Source: Macrostomum lignano (Eukaryota). From it: a stretch of DNA of 47,175 bases. The stretch lies in contig NIVC01002531.1 of the NCBI GenBank assembly GCA_002269645.1, positions 1-47,175 of the forward strand, in the 5' to 3' direction. The first letter of the stretch is position 1. The number at the start of each line of letters is the position of its first letter. Below are positions 9,333-20,357 of the stretch, piece after piece. Under the pieces are notes generated by a model. That model was given only the letters and a program-made list of their open reading frames with translations. It did not search any database and had not been told where the DNA came from. The position numbers were made by a program, and so were the translations under genes.

Positions 9333-11741
9333 TTAAAATACATTCAATCTGGATGGGAGCTTTCTAGAGCCAAAATGTATCACTTCACAATAAAAACTCT
9401 GCTCTTTGCTAAAGCTTGGATCAATCTCAACAAATCATTTGCCAAAATGGCCAGCTTTAGACAATACTAGTGCATTAAGCCCCTAAAGGGGGCATTCAAA
9501 TTCAAAATCCAAACATTGAAAGCATGAAAAAAAACTTTGTTTTTTGAATAATTGACCTACTAACAATTGGTAGACATTTTATATACCCAAGTTGCCAAAT
9601 GAATTTAAATCAATTGGGCCCATTAGCTACTGCCCTGCCTGAATCTACAACTGTACCACTCAGTGTTATATTCATAAAATAAAACAAACAAGATCAGAGT
9701 AGTTTAGGGGGTTGATAGATTTTAGGCTAGCTTTTTAACCCCCATGCACCCACTCTTTCATCAACAATAATAAAATTCAACCAACCCCACAAATTGCAAG
9801 CCTGTCATGCGAAGGGTCATAAAACTCCTTTAAATTAATTGTGGTGAATATCCTACACTGTACATTGGCCAAGGAGAGGCCTAAATGGTTGAACTGAGCA
9901 ATTAAATTTAGAAACAGAGCACCCATTGAAAGTATAAAAAATTTTTTTCAAATATTTGACCCACTTCCCATTCAAATTTTTCATCAAAAGTTATGCATGA
10001 TCCCAAAAAATTTAGAATTTTTTAAGCAAATTTAAAAATAATCAGCCAAATGGTTCTAAAAAAATCAAGAACAAGCAGATAGACAGCGCAAAATTAGTAT
10101 ATTTAGATGGTCATTGCAAAAGTATTTTTTGCCATTATTGACTTTTGCCCAAAATTCCTTTTCCAAAGTGGGTTAAAACTGCATAGAGGGCTTATAGCAT
10201 CTTTTCTTATGAATCTTATATATACCAAATTTGTATATGTACAAAATTATTGATCATTTACTTTCTCACATTTAATTATATTTTCTTAAAATTTTGTAAG
10301 TTTTTTAAGTTGTATATATAGTCTGCATGACTACTTACCTCTTGACTTAAGTTATGAGTCCAATTTTATGGAAATATAGTAGTCCATAGTAAACTCAAGT
10401 AATATATAGTTAGTCAATATAGGCAAATGCACTAGATAGAAACTTAGTAAGCCAAGATTGCCATAAAAAATTTTCTTTATAGAATAGGCAATGGCTATTT
10501 TGTATAATTTATATATTTGCTATTTAAATTAGCTAAATTAGTATACTCATATTAGTACATATTATGCAATGGATAAGGCCCATAGGCATTGTCAAGAAAG
10601 TGGCTTTTGCCATAGAAAATTGTAGCATAAAGGTGTTGTGGCACAAATGACTAATAGTGCATTTTATTATTGTAAGATAATTCCTATAGACGTGCTAGAG
10701 GATTTGCACTTTATAGGTATAGGCTTAAAGCTAGTGAATACTAGCTGGAAAATCAAAAGTTATACCATAGTGCAAATGATACAACAAATACCAGCTTATT
10801 CTGGCATACAAAAAATTTGTTAGTATATACTGGCATACAAAATTTGTCTCAAAGCTACATTCTAGTATAGATTGGCATAAACTAATGTACACTAATATCA
10901 GTGACATGTACTTAGCAACATTGAAAAGTCACCATCAGAAAAGATTCTATCTATGGTTCCCAACTTCGTAAATGCAAGTAAAGCTTCTCAATGTTTACAA
11001 ATAACACAACTTAGCTATATTGCAGCAGACTTAAGTTGAATAAGTCTAGGGGAGCAGTTGCAAGGGTTGTATAGATTAAGGCTACTCCAATCAGTTTTCT
11101 TATATCTTTATGTTTTTAACTTTTCAATATGGTATATACTAAGCCTTTGTGGGCCTTTGATGTTGATAATTAAGGAAGCTAAAAAATGGTACAATATACA
11201 TTAGACTACCAGTTGTCAATTAGTCACTGTGTCAGTTTTCATCTTATGGTAACAAACAACTAGAATGCTATTGGATATTTTTTGTTTAGAAAAAAATAAT
11301 TTCATTTAACAGATTAGAAGTTTTACAAAGTATTACTTTTTACATTAATTATATATAGCTTTTGTTTAACTATGATTAAACTAAAAAAGCTAGAAATTTA
11401 TATGTGATTTAAGACAAAATGGTCAGTTTTATAGTTTTATTTAAAGTATAACTATTCAAATCCTGTAAAAATTATTAATAAAATATTGGCTGGTACATTA
11501 TTGACATTGTAGTGCAGTGCAAAAATGGAACCTATCTACTCATACCTAGTTTAACTGCTAGCTTTCTTATTTTCATGCTATTTAGCTTGTAAGATCTATG
11601 TAAGTAAATCTATGTAAAATAATTTTATGTCCTATGACTGTTTAAATAGCCAGCATATTTGCAATTGGCCTGCGGTAGCTCAACATAGTAACATTTTAAG
11701 TAAGTGATAATCTTTTCATATTTTATTGCTGTCACCCACAG

Positions 11742-12355
11742 GCGGGCAGCAGGTTCGCTACGCCCACACGGACGTGTGCAAATACCCCAACTTCGATTAC
11801 TACCGCCGCGACTCCACGCGCGATCCAACCAAGAGCCAATCCGAGACCGAGGTTGACCGCAAGATGGTCAGCTACCTTGTGGTCGGCGTTGGCCTCTCCG
11901 TGTTCGCCGTGGGCGCCAAGCAGCTGGTGCGGGCCACGGTGAACTTCCTGAACCCCAGCAAGGCGGTGCTGGCCGTGTCCAAGCTGGAGGTGGACCTGGC
12001 CAGCATTCCCGAAGGCAAGAACGCCGTGTTCAAGTGGCGCGAGAAGCCGCTGTTCATCCGGCACCGCACGGACGCGGAGGTCGACTCCGTTGCCAGTGTG
12101 TCGCTGGAGGAGCTGCGCGACCCCGAGACTGACCAGGATCGGGTGAAGGACCCGAAGTTCCTGGTGCTGCTGGGCATCTGCACCCACCTGGGCTGCGTGC
12201 CGATCTCGCACGCAGGTGAGTACGGCGGCTACTACTGCCCCTGCCACGGCTCGCACTATGACGCCAGCGGCCGTATCAGGAAGGGCCCGGCGCCGCTCAA
12301 CCTGGAGGTGCCGCCCTACAGTATCAGCGACAGTGGCGTGCTGGTTGTCGGCTGA
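11742..12355 (+). CDS. UQCRFS1: Cytochrome b-c1 complex Rieske iron-sulfur subunit, terminal coding exon (upstream exon not in window)
   Basis: CTHLGCVP and CPCHGSHY 2Fe-2S motifs, GPAPLNLEVP, and a TM helix. Acceptor cccacag at 11735-11741 (phase 1). Stop at 12353-12355. Confidence 0.96.
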
Positions 12356-13500
12356 GGCTTCTGGCCGGACTCCCGAGCTGGTCATCGCAAGAATTGTAAC
12401 CCCCAGGACCGCGGTTTCAAGCTTGTGTGCGAGTCTAGACAGGAGTTCGGGCGCGGCTAACAGTAGCTAAATAGTTTTAGATTTGTCCCCAGCGAACTGC
12501 CCAGACCCATCCTAGCTCTTTGATTTTGGTTTAACTGTTGCGCTCGCAGTGACCTGTTTGCTGCCCTCATTCTGCCCAGCTATACTGAGAGGCCGCACGC
12601 GTACCATACTACTTACCGTATCGACTCTGCTAGTAGTGCGTCTGCTTAGATTAACAAAATATTCTAAACAAATTTGTCTTATTAAGTCTCAGTTCGCTCA
12701 CCTGGTTTCTACGTGTTTGCTGGATCAGCACTCAAACACCAGCTTAGGTGAGTTTTATTGCGAAAGCTTATCCGACCGCGCTAATAACCCTAGTGGCGAG
12801 TTCTCTGCGGATTTTTTGTCGAGTGAAAAGTAAAGAAAGGCGAGCAAAGTCTCAAATATACGATAATATCTAATATTCAACATACAGTGAACATCCCTCC
12901 CTCCTAATAAAACTTTCTGGCACCCCGGATCTTTGCTTTGAGATTCGTAAATCCGGACGAATGACCATATTGTTTATTGAATTTAATATGGACTCCAAAT
13001 AGCAGATTTTGTACCAGTTTTGAAGACAATTAAAGAAGCAGTTAGTTGCTCACTCCAGACTACTCTGCGCTTTATACAGAAGCAGTTGCCATTGTTTGTT
13101 AAGCAGTTCGCTGAAACCTGACAACTTGCTTCTCTGGCCACCCGGTAATGCGGAGGAACCGGGAAATTCGTGGGCAGGCAGTGGGTGTGGCAAACTAAGT
13201 GCGGTACATTTTAGTTTTCCATGCTGCAAAAAGGGACACTTGGTTCCGACGGTCGCCTCGCGGGAAGCAGGGTCTGGTAAATTAGCCATGGCCCCGGAAG
13301 GTCATTGTGATTGAGCCCGGATGTGCCTCCGAGTTTTATTCAGATTGGTGGTAGCTGGAGGTGTTCGCCCACCTAGTCTTGTGTCGGGGTGCCCGCCCTG
13401 TCGGCTGTTTCGGTGATTAATGACTGCAGGGGATGAAGACCAGTGGCTGAGAGTCTGCGACCGGGCCAGGATTGCCATGGGGGTTGATACTTCATTTGAG

Positions 13501-13855
13501 TTGGCGCCAGTATCAGCGCCATGAGTGGCAGTATCAGTACCATAGGTGCCAGTATCGTAACCATGGACGCCAGTATTAGTAACCATGGGCGCCAGTATCA
13601 GTAACCATTGGCGCCAGTATTAGTAACCATGGGCGCCAGTATCAGTAACCATTATTGGCGCCAGTATCAGTAACCATGGGCGCCAGTATCAGTACCATGG
13701 GCGCCAGTATCAATACCATGGGCGCCAGTATCAGTACCATAGGTGCCAGTATCGTAACCATGGACGCCAGAATCAGTAACCATTGGCGCCAGTATCAGTA
13801 ACCATGGGCGCCAGTATCAGTAACCATTATTGGCGCCAGTATCAGTAACCATGGG
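13501..13855. repeat. 21-22 bp minisatellite (CCATGGGCGCCAGTATCAGTA[A]), left part
   Basis: Degenerate tandem units end exactly at the LTR and resume at 24010. Confidence 0.95.
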
Positions 13856-14014
13856 TGTTGTGCTTTTGGCTTTTAGCCTTTAGCAATTGTCAGTCTAGCG
13901 GTCTGCTGACCTCTGACGCGTCTATTCTTTTTTTCATAACTCAATAGCATGGTTCAATTCATCAACGCAGTCGCGTAACAAAAATGTCTATGGCAAAGCC
14001 ATCAACCCACAACA
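13856..14014 (-). repeat. 3' LTR (159 bp)
   Basis: TGTTGTG...CACAACA termini (7 bp inverted repeat); identical by eye to 23851-24009. Confidence 0.96.
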
Positions 14015-14027
14015 CCCTCCCTCTTCT
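14015..14027 (-). other. Polypurine tract of the Gypsy element
   Basis: AGAAGAGGGAGGG on the minus strand directly abutting the 3' LTR. Confidence 0.85.
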
Positions 14028-14050
14028 ATAGGTAGGTGTACAATTATCAC

Positions 14051-14557
14051 TCAGGTGCGATAAAAAATTCTAGTTTTCTTGGCCAAGCGTTCGCTTCGCC
14101 TGGGTGACGGCTTGGATTGAACTCCAACCTCAGTCTGTTGCTGTTGTGCTCTCTCAGCTTGTTCTGTTCCCGGTAGTATCTCAGTGTCTGTCGATGACGG
14201 ACGCGTCTGTTGGCCGTCGTCACTTGGACTGCTGCCACCGGGCTTGGAATCCCCCATTTCCGTAGTTCCGTGAGCCTCAGGTACCTCACCGATTCGTAGT
14301 TGATCGAGGTGGGTCTTTAGATTTCGTCCAGTCTCTGTGGTGACGACTGCTGTGTTGCTGCCAAGCATTTTGGCGAATCTCACAGTTCGTGGCTCATGAG
14401 AACTCGATGCACGGTAGATGAGTGATTCTCCTGGGATCCACTTGGACTGAGTGCTGCTCTCCGAGATGGGGAGTCTTATTTGTCTGCCGTTCAACAACTC
14501 GGACGGTGATGCTTGCTGCTTCCCTTTGGCAGCTCTGTAGAACAGTAGAAATCTGTC
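14051..14557 (-). pseudogene. Gypsy integrase C-terminal segment, separated from its core by the LINE
   Basis: DRFL/LFYRAAKGKQQASPSELLNGRQIR...HLDQLR...PRRSERLAKK continues SQRSIDRFL from 20358-20400. No chromodomain seen. Confidence 0.9.
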
Positions 14558-14672
14558 TTGACTTACTTGACTTAGCTGCAGGGGGCGTCCGGCGGATGCA
14601 GCGAGGAGGCGGAGGAGACCGCCCATTCCGCTAGCCCCTGGCGACCAACGACTTCCGTTGAAGTGGTGTCGC

Positions 14673-17600
14673 TCAGGGGGACCCGTCGGTCTCGCCTGCA
14701 GCGCGGTCCTCCTCACCGACGGTGGGGAAGAAATCAGCTCGTCCGGTGTCCCTGAGGTACCGGGCGAGCAGCGGGATGCTCTCGGGCCTGCAAACGTCGG
14801 AGAGAACCGGGTTTGGCCCGAGGTGAGTAAGCCTGGCCCTGGTGAAAACCGGGCAGTGGCAGATAAAATGCTCGGCGTTTTCACTGCCTGAGCGGCAGAA
14901 GGGGCACCGCTCCTCGGGTACTTGGCCCTGAAGGAAGCGGTGGCGAGAGAAGCAGCCATGCCCGGAGAGGGCCATGCTAACTGCTCTGAGGTCTCTGCGG
15001 TTGAGCCTGAGGAGGGCTCTACGCAGGAGAGGAGAGGGACAGGGGACGGCAGCACGGGATTGCCTACAATTCCGGGTGTCGTGCCACCTGCGGAGATGCT
15101 CGGAGTCAGCCCAGCGCTTAACGCGGGAATTGATTACCGAGGCGGGGATGGGGGCACCCGGGCCCGGCCCCAATAGCGCGCCGGCGGAGCCAGCAGGTCA
15201 GCGCGCTCGTTGCCGAGGAAGCCGGCGTGGCCCGGGATCCATCTGAGCTCCACCTGGTTGCCTAGCGCAAGCCCGTTGAGCTGGGTGTTGCAGTCCAGGA
15301 CGGACCTGGAGCTGGCGGTGCTGCGGCAGAGGGCCCGAAGGGCTGCTTGGCTGTCAGAGTGAAAAATAAATTTCCGGCCGCTAAGCTGCCTTCGGCGCAG
15401 CTCTGCCGCGCAGGAGCTGATGGCAAGCACCTCGCTCTGAAAAACACTGGAATTGAGCCCAGTGTGCTGGGAGTAGCTCCACACCACTTCTCCCTTGAAG
15501 AAGACGCAAGCTCTGAAGCCTGAAAGACCATGCCTCATAGAGCCGTCAGTGTAACAGTGGACTTCAGAGTCGCTCCAGCTGTCACTCGCCTCGTGTCGAG
15601 GCTGAATGGTGACCTTGTACCTTTGGCTCAGGAGAAGGGTGGCTGGGATCGAGTCCGTGAGGATGTTGAGCCCGCCACACTCCTCGAGAGCCTTGAGGCA
15701 GAGGTCAGAGTGCGGGATAAGCGACCGCTTCTTAAAGGCCCGCACTTTCTTGAAGGCCACCCCAGCATCCAGAAGACGCCGGGTGCTCTTCGCCGCCTCT
15801 CCTTTGATATAAATATCCAAAGGAGGGGCACAGAGGAAGGCATTCATGCCTTCAAAAGGAGTAGAGGGTGGAGCGCCCATAGTCATGCGGCAGGCTCTGC
15901 CCTGGATTTTGTAGAGAGCGTCGAGGTTGCTCTTGACGCTCAGGCCGCTAGCCCACACGAGGCTGGCGTAACTGATCGAGGGGCGGATGATGGCAGTGTA
16001 AATCCACCACAGCTTCCTGGGGGTGAGCCCCCAGGTGGTGCCCACGGCGCGCCTGATCTGAGCCAGTACAGCCAGGGCTTTTTTGGCTTTAGTTTGAATG
16101 TGCGGAGTCCAGTTAAGCCTGTGGTCCAGAGTGAGGCCCAGGCAGCGGACCTGCTTCTCCATGGAAATATTCTTTCCATAGAGGGTGAGGGGCTTAATGG
16201 TCCAGAGCAGTTTGTTGGTAAACATGACTGCTGTGGTTTTCGACTCTGAGAGTCTAAGGCCACATTGGTCTGCCCAACGCTCCGCTCGTCCCAGAAAGCC
16301 CTGCAGAAGGTCTCTGATGGTATCAACCGAGGGGCCCGCGCATATCGCGGTCACATCATCGGCATAGCCCACCTTGAGAATGGGGTCGTGGAGATCACTG
16401 CAAAGCAACTCATCCATGACCATGTTCCAGAGAACGGGGGTGAGAACGCCGCCCTGGGGGCCCCCTTTCAGGACAGGCACCGAAAGAGAGCTGCCGCTCA
16501 GGTGGGCCACAACAGTGCGGTTTCGGATCATGAACATGATCCACCGGACAAGGTGAGGGTGCGTGGCCCTGGATTCCAGGGCTCTGCAAAAGGCCTCGAA
16601 GATGACGTTGTCGAAGGCCCCCTCAATGTCCAGGAAAAGCGAGAGGGCAAAGCCGCTGCCAAGAACGGCCCTCTCCAGGAAGTCAACAATGACATGGAGA
16701 GCACTCTCGGTTGACCTGCCCGCGCGGAAGGCGTGCTGGTTCTGCGAGAGTGGGAAGCGCTTCAGCTCGACCGAAAGTAGGCGCCAAAGCACCAGTCTCT
16801 CGAGGAGCTTGAGGCAGAAAGAAGTGAGGCTGATAGGCCTGAAGGCCTTCACCGATTGGTAGTCGCTCTTTCCAGGCTTGGGGATAAAGACCACCCGGGC
16901 CTCTCTCCATGCAACTGGTACATAGCCCAGCTCCATACAAGCTCGAAGGAGACGACAGAGCAGGTCCAGGAAGCGGTGGTTTTTCACCGCCTCGTGCAAG
17001 AACGCTGGGTAGATGCCGTCGGGCCCAGGCGCCTTGAACGGGTTAAAGGACCTTGCCGCTCTAATAATGCGGTCTTTGGTGATCATAGACTTTGCTAGGC
17101 CTTGCCCTCCCACTGTGTGGTCGGGCGGGCCCTGCTGAGTCGGAGATTTAGGGAAAAAACTGTTGAGCATGAGCTCTAGAGTCTCTTCCGAACTCTCTGT
17201 GACCGAGCCGTCAGGTCTCTTCACAACAGAGAGTTTAGAAAAACGGTCATTAGTGAGTGCCTTAACCACGCGGGCTACGGGGCGAGAGCCCTCAAGCCCT
17301 TCGCAATATTGGCGCCACTTGGCCGTCTTGGCCCTTCTGACTTGGCCCTTAAACTCGTGGATCGCACGGGTATAGGCCTCTCTGTCAGATGGGTCTTTGG
17401 TTTTGAGCGCTCGCCTTTGGAGGGTCCTGGCTCGGCGCCGAAGGGCCCCGAGCTCTGGGTTCCACCAGGGAGCAGATTTCTTGCCTTTATAGGCCTTTAG
17501 GGGGCAGGCTGCTTCAAAGGCAGTGGTGATCGCCCGCCCAGGGAGGAGGCGAGATCGTCCACCACCTGGCAGTCAGAGAGGTCACTGGGGGGTCAAGATC

Positions 17601-18365
17601 CCGAAGGCCGCGGCTCAGCTTCGAGCCAAAGGCGGCCCAATCGGTGTTCCTGACGTTCCGACTCCAAGTGACCTTAGGCTTTTGCTTGGTCGGCCCAATG
17701 CAAAAGCGGATAAAGCGGTGGTCCGAGAGCGAGTCCTCGTCCCACACTCGCCAGCCCGTAACTGCGGAAAGCAGTCCGGGTGAGGCGATGGTGGTGTCGA
17801 TGACTTCGGCCCACCGCCCATTATTGAACGTTGGTGCATTGCCCACGTTACAGAAGTTGAGGTTAGTGCTGCTGACATAGGCCAGCAGCTCCTCGCCTCT
17901 GCTATTGATGTTCTTGCTGCCCCAATGCAGGTGGTGTGCGTTCACATCCCCTGCAATGAGCAGCTCGAACCGATGGGACGCAGCATAGTCAGTAAGGTTG
18001 ACTAACGCGTCGCAGACAACTGGGGCATCGCCCGGGAAATAGGCAGAAGCTACCAGCACAGGTTTATTGGGAATGAGGTTATTGATTTGAACAACACAGA
18101 TGTCCCCAGTCGAGAGATCAGGTCTCATCCATGCCTCAAAAGCTTTTGCAGCAAAGACCAGAGATCTTGGGCGAGGCTGAGAGCCCGCCATGCAAAAACA
18201 GTGGTAGCCAGATGGCACATTATTTGGCTTACCTTTAGTCATCCAGGGCTCCTGTACGAAGACCAGGCCCGGAAGCTGTTGCTCTGCCGTGCGCATCAGG
18301 TTGACCGACGCCGCCACGCAGTGCTGGGTGTTGATCTGCAGACACCAGGTAGTCGCTGGCATCAT
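14673..18365 (-). pseudogene. LINE ORF2: APE endonuclease, reverse transcriptase, RNase H, CCHC finger (3 frameshifts)
   Basis: APE motifs QINTQH, QEPW, GDVNAHH, SDH (17514-18365). RT motifs FRPISLTSFCLKLLERL, LDIEGAFDNV, PQGGVLTP, YADD, and RNase H YTDGS...WIPGHAG (15134-17269). C-terminal CPFC...HFICHC (14673-15173). Shifts near 17570, 17535 and 15190. Confidence 0.93.
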
Positions 18366-19881
18366 TGCAGATCGGATGTTGCAGCCGCCAGGAGTTCCTC
18401 CTCCTCCTCGGCGCTCACCGGCTTCGGGTCGGGGTCGCCGGTGTCCATGGGCTCTTCTTCAGCAAAAGGCCCCCGATTGGCCGGAAGGCAGTAGGCAGCG
18501 TTCGCCGCCCTTTGCCCACCATCCATGGGGTCCTCCGCCTCAGATTGGCCCAATGCCCTGGAGCAGCCAGCCGCCTGGGCAGGCGGGTCCGTCTCCAGTC
18601 GGCCCTGCCCCGAGGGGTTGGGCCCAGCTGGGACGTCCCCACCCTCCCTGGACGAACTGGTGCGCCTAGGCGTCCCGGCGACCTCTCGCCTCAGCTGGGA
18701 GATTTTGGCGGTACGGACTGCCTCAGCTGCACGCTGGTACAGGCCGCGCCGCTTGGTGCTGCGCGCCGGGCGTCGGTCGCCTCCGCCCTCAGCAGCGCGC
18801 TCAGCTTTGCCCGCGCGGCCGTGCTGCCGGGCAGGGCGGTTTGCTTTGGCAGTCTGAGCAGAGGCTTGCGCCTCGGCCCCGGCCGCCTCCGCATCCCGCC
18901 CGCCCTGCTCACTGCCACGGGGAGGGTCGGCCTCGTAGGAGCGGATGCGCAGCTTCCAAAGGCCGACGTTGATGAAGCTGCCGTGTGGATAACGCCTCAT
19001 CCAGGCGTCCGACAGCCCCAGGATGGCTGTGAAGCCAGTGCCGTCGGTGCGCTTAAGGGTGTCATGCACCACTAGGCCCGCGGCGGGAAGCTCCCGGTTG
19101 ACTGCTAGCAGTCCTTTCCGGAGCTCGTCAGCAGAGGTAACAACGCTCCTGGCCGGGACCCAGATTCGATGCCTCTTGGTCCGGGGGCGCTCGTCCTCTC
19201 TGCAGAAGGCTAGGTTGAGGTCCCAGCTCTGCTCGGGCAGCAGCTCAAGGAGCCGCCGACCCGAGTCAGCATCACTGGGCCAAATGAGAAGGCACGAGTC
19301 CCTCGTCGCATTCGAATGAATGTTCAGAGGCGTGCCCTTCAGAGTTTGCTTCCACAGGAGGCCATCAACGGCACTTCTCACCTGCTTCAGCTGATCGGGA
19401 GACAGGCGCGCGTCCTTTCCCAGGATGACAACCGCCGGTTGCCTCTTTGCCGCATCAGCGTAGGAGGCCCGGGGGTCAGTGGAGCTTTCTTCAGGTGGGC
19501 TGTCCACCCTCCCGGCTGCATCGGCCTCCCTATCCTGGGCAGGGGCTTCCGTGGGCTCGAGGCCCTTTCCGCCACCGCCCCAGACTGGGAAGCTTCCGCT
19601 GCCGCGGGCCGTTGGCCCCTGGCACCGGTTTGGCTTCCGCCCTCCTTGGCCCGCCTCGCCTTGTTAAGTCGACGGCGGGCAGCTCCAGAGGTGGTGCTGC
19701 GTTTCTTAGCAGCTGGAGTAGCAGGTGTCTTCTCGGAGGCACCGCTCAGAGTTGGCTCCACGGGTCTCGCCGAGGCGTCCCCGATGGTAGCAGGTGGTAT
19801 GGCCGAGGAGTCCACGGCCCCAGCCGAGGCCGGAGGCACTGTGTCATCCACAGCCGGTTTGTTACTTCGGTTAGAAGCCAT
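18362..19881 (-). pseudogene. LINE ORF1 (basic N-terminus, DUF4780-like domain), one frameshift
   Basis: ATG at 19881 (MASNRSNKP). A -1 shift leads into the 18362-19507 frame (RHRIWVPARS...LLAVNRELP...INVGLWKLRI). No zinc knuckle. Its TGA overlaps the ORF2 ATG. Confidence 0.8.
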
Positions 19882-20101
19882 TGGCTGGAAGTAAAAAGGT
19901 GGGACTTCCTGCAGAACACAGGCAAAGAGCCGCAAGGCCGCAACCCCAAACCAAGCGGCAGGCCCCCAAAAAGCAAAATACCACCCTGCGGGGGGACCCA
20001 AAAGCGCAAGGGGAACCGTTAGCGACCAGACTACTCCCTGGCCAAGCGTCCATCAGCACGGAGTTACACTGGGACATTAGAGGGTGCGTTTATGGTCACA
20101 C

Positions 20102-20340
20102 CAGGACCCGGCGCCAACGAATCAGCTCGGCAGGGCCCAAGGGGGCCTGCCTTAACACCCACGGGACGAGTACCCTTCGAAGTGCGCCTTGCAAGGTGAA
20201 AACCAGGAGACAGAGTCTCTTGAGCTATCAGCCCGCCAGGGGAGGCAGGTGTGAGCATCGCTGGCTGGGATAAAGGCCATACCAGTCTCATACTGCACAG
20301 ATAGTTCACCACGCCATTACGTGCAGGACCCGGGGTCCTG
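20102..20340 (-). ncRNA. Candidate structured RNA in the LINE 5' UTR (copy A)
   Basis: Conserved motifs and compensatory base changes relative to 35028-35247; see findings. Manual comparison of two sequences only. Confidence 0.55.
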
Positions 20341-20357
20341 GGGGCAACAGCCCCGGC

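Larger units (their letters stand above)
1..9340 (-). mobile_element. Endogenous retroelement-like unit: promoter, long leader with accessory ORFs, gag, env; runs off the left window edge; no pol seen
   Basis: Gag with CCHC knuckles abuts a class III fusion glycoprotein, with a TATA/CCAAT promoter upstream on the same strand. No LTR pair, PBS or TSD could be identified, so the right boundary is approximate. Confidence 0.6.
14558..20357 (-). mobile_element. Full-length non-LTR retrotransposon, I group, LOA-like (ORF1; APE-RT-RNase H-CCHC ORF2)
   Basis: 13 bp TSD GTAGAAATCTGTC at 14545-14557 and 20358-20370. 3' tail TAAGTCAAG-TAAGTCAA instead of poly(A). ~470 nt 5' UTR. Confidence 0.95.

Noticed and set aside
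11732-12385. Minus-strand 217 aa ORF, and similar long antisense ORFs over the LINE, K2P, DUF5054 and QSOX exons
   Set aside because: Shadow ORFs caused by high GC3 codon bias in the real genes; no motifs.
19390-19660. Programmed -1 frameshift in LINE ORF1 or at the Gypsy RNase H/integrase junction
   Set aside because: No canonical slippery heptamer, and recoding is not expected at these positions; indel is more likely.
20102-20357. Canonical HDV-like, hammerhead, twister or group I/II ribozyme in the LINE 5' UTR
   Set aside because: GUCCCGU, GG, a hairpin and CUGA recall L3, P1.1, P4 and J4/2. However, P2 is not adjacent to P3, P3 fails in copy B, and no P1 pairs with the element's 5' end. 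CUGAUAG has no GAAA partner. Kept only as an unclassified structure.
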